From an uncultured Oscillospiraceae bacterium (GTDB lineage: Bacteria; Bacillota; Clostridia; Oscillospirales; Ruminococcaceae), in contig CAYJJK010000002.1 in assembly GCA_964370445.1 (NCBI GenBank), forward strand, positions 13,934-77,928: a DNA stretch of 63,995 bases, given 5' to 3'. Below are positions 35,977-43,850 of the stretch, piece after piece. The notes under the pieces were generated by a model, which was not told the DNA's origin, did not search any database, and saw only the letters and a program-made list of their open reading frames with translations. The translations under genes and the position numbers were made by a program. Every line of letters starts with the position of its first letter. Positions within the stretch are counted from its first letter, which is position 1.

Positions 35977-36271
35977 TATACATTATAGCATCCCAAATGG
36001 TATTTTTCAACTTCGCTTATCTTTCAATTGTTGAAAACTATGTTGAAAACGTGGATAAGTCGGCTTTTTACCTCACTTTAGCAGTCTAACAACTTTTAGA
36101 ACACAAAAATATGCACAGTAATTTTTCAAAATTCTGTATAAAATTACCGAATATTTCTACTCTTTGTAATACAAAGCTGCGTTACGCTATGATAAACCTT
36201 TTTCATTTACAAGCATAAGTTTGCATATATCAATTTGCAGGCAAAATCAAAGTTAAAGTTTCGCGATGCAA

Positions 36272-36301
36272 TTGATTTTTGCCATGAAACTGTGGTATAC
36301 T
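36272..36301 (+). promoter_or_regulatory. fba promoter
   Basis: TTGATT-18 nt-TATACT, with an upstream TGTGG element. Confidence 0.45.
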
Positions 36302-36350
36302 CTGTGTTAGCTAAACCAAACAACAAACACAAAAAAGGGGAGTCGACATC

Positions 36351-37214
36351 ATGCTACAAAACGCAAGTGAAATGTTAAAAAAAGCGCGTGACGGCCATTA
36401 TGCCGTGGCGCAAATCAACATCAACAACCTAGAGTGGACAAAAGCTGTGCTTTTAACAGCCGAAGAGCAGAAAAGTCCCGTAATTTTGGGCGTGAGCGAA
36501 GGAGCCGCAAAATACATGACTGGCTTTGATACCGTAACCCAAATGGTGAAAGCCATGGACAAATCCCTTGGTATCACTGTGCCGGTGGCTTTGCATTTAG
36601 ACCACGGAACATACGAAGGTGCAATGAAATGTATTGATGCCGGCTTCACCTCTATCATGTTTGACGGCAGCCATTATCCCATAGAGGAAAATGTGGAAAA
36701 AACAGCAGAGCTTGTGAAAATTGCACACGATGCCGGCATGAGCATCGAGGCCGAAGTGGGCTCGATTGGCGGCGAGGAAGATGGTGTTGTGGGCGCTGGA
36801 GAAGTGGCCGATGTGGCCGCGTGCAAACGAATTGCAGACCTTGGCATCGCCTTTTTAGCCGCCGGCATTGGCAATATTCACGGCGTATATCCGCCCAACT
36901 GGAAGGGCCTAGATTTTGAGACCCTGCAAAAAATACACGAAGCTACAGGCGGAATGCCGCTGGTATTGCATGGTGGCACGGGTATTCCCATCGAGATGAT
37001 TCAAAAAGCCATCAGCCTTGGGGTATCCAAAATCAATGTAAACACCGAGTGTCAGCTCACTTTTGCGGCTGCCACACGCCAGTACATCGAGGCCGAAAAA
37101 GACCGTCAGGGCAAAGGATTTGACCCTCGCAAGTTGCTTGCCCCCGGTGTTGAAGCCATCAAAGAAACCACGCGTGAAAAATTTGAAATGTTTGGCAGTG
37201 TGGGCAAGGCCTAA
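36351..37214 (+). CDS. fba: Class II fructose-1,6-bisphosphate aldolase
   Basis: YAVAQININNLEWTKAVL...PVALHLDHG...HGGTGIP. SD is AAAAGGGGAG. Confidence 0.9.
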   Translation: MLQNASEMLKKARDGHYAVAQININNLEWTKAVLLTAEEQKSPVILGVSEGAAKYMTGFDTVTQMVKAMDKSLGITVPVALHLDHGTYEGAMKCIDAGFTSIMFDGSHYPIEENVEKTAELVKIAHDAGMSIEAEVGSIGGEEDGVVGAGEVADVAACKRIADLGIAFLAAGIGNIHGVYPPNWKGLDFETLQKIHEATGGMPLVLHGGTGIPIEMIQKAISLGVSKINVNTECQLTFAAATRQYIEAEKDRQGKGFDPRKLLAPGVEAIKETTREKFEMFGSVGKA

Positions 37215-37231
37215 AGCCATATTTGTGCATC

Positions 37232-37257
37232 AACCCCTGCCTTGGCGGGGGTTTTGT
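37232..37257 (+). terminator. fba terminator
   Basis: AACCCCTGCC-ttg-GCGGGGGTT followed by TTGTC. Confidence 0.7.
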
Positions 37258-37368
37258 CAATCGTTTGTAAGCAACGCAGCTTTTCCCTTTTAATAAGGTA
37301 TAGTATAATAGTAAAGCATGTTGTTTTTTTGAACAAAATAATTTGTAACATGAAAAAGGAACGCCATT

Positions 37369-38607
37369 ATGAGCCTTACCCTAGACAAAGTGTACCATGC
37401 TGCCTATGTGCTGAAAAGTGCGGCGCGCAGCACAGATTTAATTGCTGCATCGCCCACCCTTTCCCAAGGACGAGAGCTATACTTGAAAACCGAAAACCTT
37501 CAGGTGACGGGTTCTTTCAAGTTGCGCGGGGCCTATTATAAAATTAGCCAACTAAGTGAAAAAGAACGTAAATGCGGTATTATTGCATGCTCCGCGGGCA
37601 ACCATCCACTGGGCGTAGCTTTAGGGGCGCAAAAAAGCAACATAAAAGCGCTAATTTGCATCCCCGATTCGGCACCGCTTTCTAAAATTGAAGCCACACG
37701 CCGCTATGGGGTGGACGTAGAGCTTGTGCCCGGCAGCTACGACGACGCCTATGCGCGTGCTCTCTCTTTAAGTGAGGAGAAAAATCTAACGTTCATTCAT
37801 CCTTTCGATGATGAAAATGTGATTGCAGGCCAAGGTACCATTGGCCTTGAAATCCTTGAGCAAATGCCGGATGTGGATAACATCGTATTGCCCGTGGGCG
37901 GCGGCGGGCTAATTGCAGGTGTTGCCTTTGCCGTAAAAAGCCTACGTCCAGAGTGCAAGATCTACGGTGTGCAGGCAGCGGCTGCTGCCTCCATGTTGCG
38001 TAGTTTACAAAAAGGTGAGCGCGTCACCTTGCCTTCTGTTTCCACTTTTGCAGACGGCATTGCAGTGAAACAACCCGGCCAGCTCACCTTCGATTTGTGC
38101 CGCCGATATGTGGATAGTTTTGTGGATGTAAGCGAAGATGAAGTGGCCGAAGCCATCCTTGCCCTTATGGAGCAGCAAAAGCTGGTTACCGAAGGTGCCG
38201 GTGCTGTGGCGCTGGCCGCCGTGTTATGCGGCAAAGTGCCCACACGCGGCAAAACCGTATGCCTGCTTTCCGGCGGCAACATCGACGTAAACATCCTCAG
38301 CCGTGTCATCACGCGCGGCCTCGTCATGAGCGGACGCAATACCTCACTCACCATCGCCCTCACCGATAAACCCGGCCAACTGTCCGGTGTCAGTGACATC
38401 ATCGCCAACTGCGGTGGCAACGTGGTTTCGGTGCAATACGATCACAGCGATCAAAATATGGCAATTAACAGCTGCTTTTTAACGCTCGCTTTAGAAACAC
38501 GCGATCACGCACATGCCGATGCCATTTGTGCGGCACTGCAAAAAGCCGGTTTTGAAATTGTATCCAAAGGTGGACAAAATAATACACAAAAAGGGGATAA
38601 TGACTGA
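37369..38607 (+). CDS. ilvA: Threonine ammonia-lyase (threonine dehydratase) with a C-terminal ACT-like domain
   Basis: PLP lysine motif LQVTGSFKLRGAYYKI; GNHPLGVA; GGGGLIAG. The C-terminal regulatory domain is about 90 aa. Confidence 0.9.
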   Translation: MSLTLDKVYHAAYVLKSAARSTDLIAASPTLSQGRELYLKTENLQVTGSFKLRGAYYKISQLSEKERKCGIIACSAGNHPLGVALGAQKSNIKALICIPDSAPLSKIEATRRYGVDVELVPGSYDDAYARALSLSEEKNLTFIHPFDDENVIAGQGTIGLEILEQMPDVDNIVLPVGGGGLIAGVAFAVKSLRPECKIYGVQAAAAASMLRSLQKGERVTLPSVSTFADGIAVKQPGQLTFDLCRRYVDSFVDVSEDEVAEAILALMEQQKLVTEGAGAVALAAVLCGKVPTRGKTVCLLSGGNIDVNILSRVITRGLVMSGRNTSLTIALTDKPGQLSGVSDIIANCGGNVVSVQYDHSDQNMAINSCFLTLALETRDHAHADAICAALQKAGFEIVSKGGQNNTQKGDND

Positions 38608-39146
38608 TGCTACAAAATATTAAAATCAATTTAGAAACACTGGAAAAAATGTTGTATTTTTGGCAGGCCTCCAGCGAAGGCGAAAAAGTGGGCGAGGATT
38701 ATTTGCGCGACGTGGCCGCTGCACCCGAAATGCAACTGCTGTATGACGATGAACTGAACGCCGAAGGCGTGCGCAAGGTGCTAAGCGCCATCACAAACCG
38801 CGAGCAAATGAACGCACCCACAAAACGCGAGTGGAAGTTTTGGAACAACAATATGTGGGTGATGGAAGAACAACTGCTGCGCGACAACATGCTGCGCCCC
38901 ATCAAAGTACTTAACGCCGATGCCTTGGTGAAAACCATCAACGAAAAAGGCAGTTTCCCGCACGATAGCGTAGAAATCCTTTTTGTTCCGGGCACAGCCG
39001 AAGAATATTGGATAGACAAAAACCGCCTTGTGGTAAACTTCTTTAAAATTCAGGCAGACCTTTTTGATGAAGACAACGTTAGCCTCTGCGGCCAGCCCGT
39101 GCTTTCCTTTTTTGAAGAAAAACTACTGGAAATGACGGCTGGATAG
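38607..39146 (+). CDS. Hypothetical protein, translationally coupled to ilvA
   Basis: TGATG stop/start overlap. 179 aa, no family recognised (…REWKFWNNNMWVMEEQLLRDNMLRP…). Confidence 0.6.
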   Translation: MLQNIKINLETLEKMLYFWQASSEGEKVGEDYLRDVAAAPEMQLLYDDELNAEGVRKVLSAITNREQMNAPTKREWKFWNNNMWVMEEQLLRDNMLRPIKVLNADALVKTINEKGSFPHDSVEILFVPGTAEEYWIDKNRLVVNFFKIQADLFDEDNVSLCGQPVLSFFEEKLLEMTAG

Positions 39147-39177
39147 TTGGGCACGTGCTACTTTAAACACAAGGGCA

Positions 39178-39240
39178 AGACCTTGGAACCCCTTTCTTCG
39201 AAAAAAAGGGGTTCCAAACCTCCCCAAAAAACTTTTGTGT
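39178..39240 (+). repeat. Intergenic structured repeat, type A, copy 1
   Basis: GGAACCCCTTT-CTTCGAAAA-AAAGGGGTTCC hairpin, then AAACCTCCCCAAAAAACTTTTGTGT. Related copies lie at 49071-49135 and 59485-59546. Confidence 0.75.
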
Positions 39241-39300
39241 AAGGGCAACTTTACATAAGCGTATCGTTTATATAAATAAGGGGTAAGGCCGACAGCTTTG

Positions 39301-39336
39301 CCAAATAAAAGCGCCGGGATAACTCCCCGGCGCTTT
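39301..39336 (-). terminator. Orphan terminator-like hairpin (minus-strand sense) in an ORF-free region
   Basis: AAAGCGCCGGG-ataactc-CCCGGCGCTTT. On the minus strand it is followed by TATTTGG. No annotated minus-strand gene lies upstream of it. Confidence 0.4.
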
Positions 39337-39886
39337 GGCAATTTCGTGGCAAGGCAAAATTTAACACAAGGGTTGTTTTAGAGAGGGTTTCACCAAAATG
39401 GATAGGTGGATGTTTGTAGCCTTTTCTCCTTAAACACGGTTAAGCACACCACTGTCCCCTGCAACAAAACCGTGGCAAAAAATCGGCAAATACACAATTT
39501 TGTCAAAGGCAATCAAAAAGCATCTTTTAGCCTTATATGATATAAAACAATATGCTAAAAAATAAGCATAGATGTCTACAAAAGTGCACAGCGGACTGAA
39601 TCACATTGCTAAAAGAACGTATGTCATACAGCTAAAAATCACGTTTTTGCAATAAATACTGCTTTTAAAGGCGCAGTTCAAGGTTCTTTTCCATCTCGCA
39701 AAAAAGCCCAAGCACATGGCAAAATGCTATAAAAATGCCGTTTTGTCACAAATCAACATGGGGGCCACACACCTTACTATATGTGGCTAATCGCCATAAA
39801 AAGCTCGCTATTTTTACAAAAAATGCCCAAGATGTTTCCGTTTTGATTTGTACAGATATTTATTTTCAAATTTACAAATATTTTTA

Positions 39887-39915
39887 TTGTCATCATGCCA
39901 AATAAAAGGTATACT
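39887..39915 (+). promoter_or_regulatory. Promoter of the secreted-protein gene
   Basis: TTGTCA-17 nt-TATACT. Confidence 0.65.
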
Positions 39916-39958
39916 ATATCTGTCAGACAATAACAAAAAAACTCCTTGGGGGATAAAA

Positions 39959-41392
39959 ATGAAAAAACAAAAACGTAGCAAACTGCTGGCCTTGGTGCTA
40001 GCTGCCACCTTGGCCTTGGTGCTATGCGTGCCTATGAGCGCCCTCGCCACCACAAACAGTAGCACAAGCGCTACCTCGGCCACAAGCATACAAACGCCGG
40101 CACCCGCTGTGCAAACAATGGGCCTAGACTTGGCAAATGCCGCCATACCGGCAGCCGCACCCATGCCCATCAATGTCACCAATTATCCGCTAAAAGTAGA
40201 GCTTACCGGCTTTCAGGCTAATGCCTTTCCCATATACACTATAACCATAGATACAAACGGTGATGGCGTTTATGGGGACACTTTTCCGGAAGCCGGAACA
40301 ATCGAATTAACTGAAGTAACGCTTAATTCCACTGTTAGACATAATTCTGTGAATGTAGATACGACTACTACTTCCGTAGAGTTTAACGGTGTCAGCCGTT
40401 ATGGTGATGCGGGCGGCACTAACACAGCAACCTACACCTCTAGCACAGGAGCTTTTACAGGTTCTGGCTCGCAGGCGTACCCCATTCAAATTTCTTTCAC
40501 AGTGCAAATGCGTCAGGATATAAGCACCGGTAACTTTAGCTTTCTGGCTACCACCACAGATGGCAGTAATTTTTGTGGCGGCACACTAAGCTATCATGAA
40601 AAAGGCAATGCAAGCACCCCCCTTGGCAGTGTAATCATTGACAATTCTACTACAAGTGAAATCGAGTTGCCCTCCTTGCAGCAACTACCCACCACAACCA
40701 CAGAGTATGAAGTATCCTTCACACCCAATGACACTTATGCGCCTTTTTATAAAGGGGGCACTGCCACAGCAGGCACTATTTATGGCCCTAGCATCGCACC
40801 ACAAACGCCTGTAGCCTTGCCAGCGGGCGTTGCCATCGAATATTCAAATGCCACCATCAACCCCGCAAGTGTAGAGTTTAATAGCGACACTTATGATCAG
40901 TTTAGTGCAGGGGCTATGAAAACTTATTCCGACGCTATTTTAGCCCAAATGAACCAAGCTCTTGGTGTAGCCCTTGCCGCAAAAGGCCTTTCAATTGCTA
41001 ACATGGGTAATTTAGTGGCAAATTTTGATTTGTCTTTAACCAATGCAGCGGGAACAGACTATCCGGGGCAGGACCGATTTACCGTCACTGTGCCGGTTAC
41101 GGGCCTTGCAAACGGCACCAAAGTATATATTGTACATTATATGGGCATTTTTGATGGTTCCGATAGAATCACTGCCGAAATCATTGAAGCCACAGTGCAA
41201 AATAACGCAGTCACTTTTGCAACCACCGGCTTTTCCCCCTATAAAATGTTTTTAAACGTGCAGCAGTCAACATCCAGCTCCACCAGCACCGGCTCCAGCA
41301 CTTCTACTTCCACCAGCACTTCTACTTCTACTTCTACTTCTACAACCACAACCACAACAGCACTTAGCCCGCAAACAGGTGTATACGCCTAA
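39959..41392 (+). CDS. Secreted Ser/Thr-rich surface protein with an SPQTG sortase motif at the extreme C-terminus
   Basis: The real start is MKKQKRSKLLALVLAATLALVLCVPMSALA (signal peptide), behind GGGGGA. The C-terminus is STSTSTSTSTSTTTTTTALSPQTGVYA-stop. Confidence 0.8.
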   Translation: MKKQKRSKLLALVLAATLALVLCVPMSALATTNSSTSATSATSIQTPAPAVQTMGLDLANAAIPAAAPMPINVTNYPLKVELTGFQANAFPIYTITIDTNGDGVYGDTFPEAGTIELTEVTLNSTVRHNSVNVDTTTTSVEFNGVSRYGDAGGTNTATYTSSTGAFTGSGSQAYPIQISFTVQMRQDISTGNFSFLATTTDGSNFCGGTLSYHEKGNASTPLGSVIIDNSTTSEIELPSLQQLPTTTTEYEVSFTPNDTYAPFYKGGTATAGTIYGPSIAPQTPVALPAGVAIEYSNATINPASVEFNSDTYDQFSAGAMKTYSDAILAQMNQALGVALAAKGLSIANMGNLVANFDLSLTNAAGTDYPGQDRFTVTVPVTGLANGTKVYIVHYMGIFDGSDRITAEIIEATVQNNAVTFATTGFSPYKMFLNVQQSTSSSTSTGSSTSTSTSTSTSTSTSTTTTTTALSPQTGVYA

Positions 41393-41420
41393 GAATGCAT
41401 CGCTTTTAACATAAACAAAA

Positions 41421-41453
41421 GAACCTCGCCCTTTATGGGCGGGGTTCTTTTTG
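41421..41453 (+). terminator. Terminator of the surface-protein gene
   Basis: GAACCTCGCCC-tttat-GGGCGGGGTTC followed by TTTTTGTT. Confidence 0.8.
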
Positions 41454-41617
41454 TTATAAGGCGCAATATACAACACAAACTTAAATTCTTTTTCCCCGAT
41501 AATACAAGCTGAATACGTTAAAAACCAACCCACCCTTTTCTGCCCCTTGTTCCCCCATTCTACATGGATGCAGCACAAAACCGAACCGCCTCGTAAGACA
41601 TACCTTTTTTAAAACCC

Positions 41618-41760
41618 GTCACAAAGCACAGCTTTGTGACACAGCTTTTCTTTTAAGGCGTGCCCACATAAAACGTGCCCTTCAATAAAAGTTTTGTCCA
41701 CTTTTTCAAAAGTGGCGGGGTGCTGGGGCAGCGCCCCACGGTCTTCATGGCGTAGCCACC
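41618..41760. repeat. Intergenic structured repeat, type B, copy 1 (about 145 nt)
   Basis: Starts with the palindrome GTCACAAAGCACAGCTTTGTGAC and contains CCACTTTTTCAAAAGTGG and TGGGGCAGCGCCCCA hairpins. It is homologous along its length to 57001-57140. Confidence 0.75.
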
Positions 41761-41770
41761 ATGTTTGCAG

Positions 41771-41820
41771 AAAGCAAAAGCCCCGCTTACCACAAGGGCA
41801 GTAAGCGGGGCTTGGTTTTG
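41771..41820 (-). terminator. Bidirectional terminator ending the ABC transporter operon
   Basis: GCCCCGCTTAC-N10-GTAAGCGGGGC, flanked by AAAGCAAAA on one side and TTGGTTTTG on the other. Confidence 0.8.
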
Positions 41821-41831
41821 GGATAAAGAGC

Positions 41832-42755
41832 TTAAGCCTTGATGTAGGGTGTGCCTTTGGCACTGGCATCTATGGCTTTTTGACGGCTGGCGGCGATAAC
41901 AGCCAGCACGGTGATAACGTAAGGCACCATCAAAATAAGGTTATTTTGGATATCGATACCCATGTTTTGCAAGGTCATCTGCAGGGCATTTGCCCCACCA
42001 AATAGCATAGCACCAAGGAAAACGCCCTCGGCCTTCCATTTGCCCAGCACCACCACGGCCATAGCGATATATCCACGGCCGCCTGTCATATCCACATCGA
42101 AGCTGTTAGACTGTGCGATGGAAAGATAGGTGCCGGCCATGCCCATCATCAGGCCACTAAACATGGTGGCAAGATAGCGTGTAGAAAACACGTTGATGCC
42201 AAGGCTATCGGCGGCTTTGGGGTGTTCGCCCACAGCGATGATGCGTGTACCAATGGAGGTACGATTCATCACAAACCAAAGGAGTGGCACCATCACAAAC
42301 CCAATGTACACGATAATGTTATGGTTAAAGAACACATCGCCCAAAATGGGAATTTGCGAAAGCAAGGGGATGGCAATTGGCTGGAAGTTCTCCACCTGTG
42401 TGCCACCGGTAGAAGCATCAAAGAACAATTGGCGAAACAATACAGCAGTAAGCCCGCTGCCCAGCATGTTGATACCGCTACCGATAACCACCTGTGCGGC
42501 ACGGAACTGAATGGAGCAAACGGCAAAAAGTGCGGCCATCGCAATACCTGCGGCCATACCGCCCAAAAGGCCCAGCCAATAATTATTGGTGTAAAACGCC
42601 ACCAAAAAGGCCATAAATGCGCCGGAAAGCATGGTGCCTTCCACGCCGATGTTCATCATACCTGCGCGTTCTGAAACTACGAGGCCTAGCGCTGCAATCA
42701 TCAGCGGGATGGCCATGCGCATGGCGGAAGTGAAGAAAAAAGTTAACATTTCCAT
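41832..42755 (-). CDS. ABC transporter permease (BMP/nucleoside-type, NupQ/RnsD-like)
   Basis: 307 aa, polytopic. RAGMMNIGVEGTMLSGAF is typical of the branched-chain/sugar-type permease family 2. Confidence 0.8.
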   Translation of the reverse strand: MEMLTFFFTSAMRMAIPLMIAALGLVVSERAGMMNIGVEGTMLSGAFMAFLVAFYTNNYWLGLLGGMAAGIAMAALFAVCSIQFRAAQVVIGSGINMLGSGLTAVLFRQLFFDASTGGTQVENFQPIAIPLLSQIPILGDVFFNHNIIVYIGFVMVPLLWFVMNRTSIGTRIIAVGEHPKAADSLGINVFSTRYLATMFSGLMMGMAGTYLSIAQSNSFDVDMTGGRGYIAMAVVVLGKWKAEGVFLGAMLFGGANALQMTLQNMGIDIQNNLILMVPYVITVLAVIAASRQKAIDASAKGTPYIKA

Positions 42756-42758
42756 GGC

Positions 42759-43850
42759 TTACCCCTCCTTTTTCGCTTCTTTAGCAGCGTCTAATTTTGG
42801 CTTTTTATCTGCTTTGTGTTTTTTCACACCTTGGTTCACAGCAGCCACAGCCACAAAGATTATGATAATACCTTGCATAATGCTTGCAAACGAGGCCGAT
42901 AGCCCCAAATCGCGTTGCAGGCCTTGTGCGCCTGTGGAAAGGAAGCCAAACAGGAGAGAAGAGAAAATAACGCCGATGGGATTGTTGCCCACCAAAATAG
43001 AAACAGCAATAGCGGTGTATCCATAGCCGCTAGAAATGGTTTCAAGCAAATAATGCGTGCTGCCTGTAAGCACAAATGCGCCGCCCAAACCGGCAAGGCC
43101 GCCGGAAATAAGCATGGTACTTATGGTGACGCGCGTAACACTGATGCCTGCATAGCGCGAAGCAGTGTTGTTAAAACCAACAGCACGCAGCTCGAACCCG
43201 TGATAAGTTTTAAACAGGAAGATAAACAGCAAAATGGCAATGATGATACCCACAAAAAATCCGGGGTGAGCCTTACTGTCTGTGATGGGATACGGCAAAA
43301 AGCCTTGTTCTGCAATGGTATAGCTTTGTGGTTCTGCTTGCTCTGTATCACGCATAACCGAGCGCACGAGGAAGCCCACAAGCTGCAAAGCAATATAGCT
43401 AAACATGATGGTGGTAATAATTTCAGAAATGGCATACTTGGCCTTTAAGAAAGCCGGGATAAATGCCCAAGCAGCGCCTGCAATTGTGCCTGCAATCAGC
43501 ATGGCCGGAATAAGAATGAAGCCGGGCAAAGAAGTGAAGGTGATGCCCACCCAAGTGGCGGCCACAGCTCCCAGCAAGAACTGGCCCTCTGCACCAATGT
43601 TAAACACGCTGCTGCGATAGGCCACAGCCACGGCAAGGCCTGTGAAAAGCAAAGGTGCAGCATTGTTTAGCAAGTTGCCAAAGGTGCGTAAATTTTTAAA
43701 CGAGGATTCCCACATGGCTGCGGCAGCTTCTATAGGGCTGTAGCCAAAGACCAAAAGGAATAGCGCACTTACAATAACGGCGCCCAACACAGCAAGTAAA
43801 GGACGTATAAGAGAAAGCAAAACTTTTTTGGGGCTTGTTTGGCTTAACAT
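42759..43850 (-). CDS. ABC transporter permease (NupP/RnsC-like)
   Basis: 363 aa. RSSVFNIGAEGQFLLGAVAATWVG. It carries a Lys-rich C-terminal tail. Confidence 0.8.
   Translation of the reverse strand: MLSQTSPKKVLLSLIRPLLAVLGAVIVSALFLLVFGYSPIEAAAAMWESSFKNLRTFGNLLNNAAPLLFTGLAVAVAYRSSVFNIGAEGQFLLGAVAATWVGITFTSLPGFILIPAMLIAGTIAGAAWAFIPAFLKAKYAISEIITTIMFSYIALQLVGFLVRSVMRDTEQAEPQSYTIAEQGFLPYPITDSKAHPGFFVGIIIAILLFIFLFKTYHGFELRAVGFNNTASRYAGISVTRVTISTMLISGGLAGLGGAFVLTGSTHYLLETISSGYGYTAIAVSILVGNNPIGVIFSSLLFGFLSTGAQGLQRDLGLSASFASIMQGIIIIFVAVAAVNQGVKKHKADKKPKLDAAKEAKKEG

Noticed and set aside
39814-40182. The 122-aa minus-strand ORF overlapping the start of the surface-protein gene.
   Set aside because: It overlaps a well-supported plus-strand gene that has a signal peptide, promoter and SD. 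It is the mirror image of the Ala/Leu-rich signal-peptide coding.
41609-41869. The 86-aa minus-strand ORF across the type B repeat.
   Set aside because: It runs through the repeat element and the bidirectional terminator and overlaps the permease 3' end. The equivalent region of the second repeat copy has no matching ORF.
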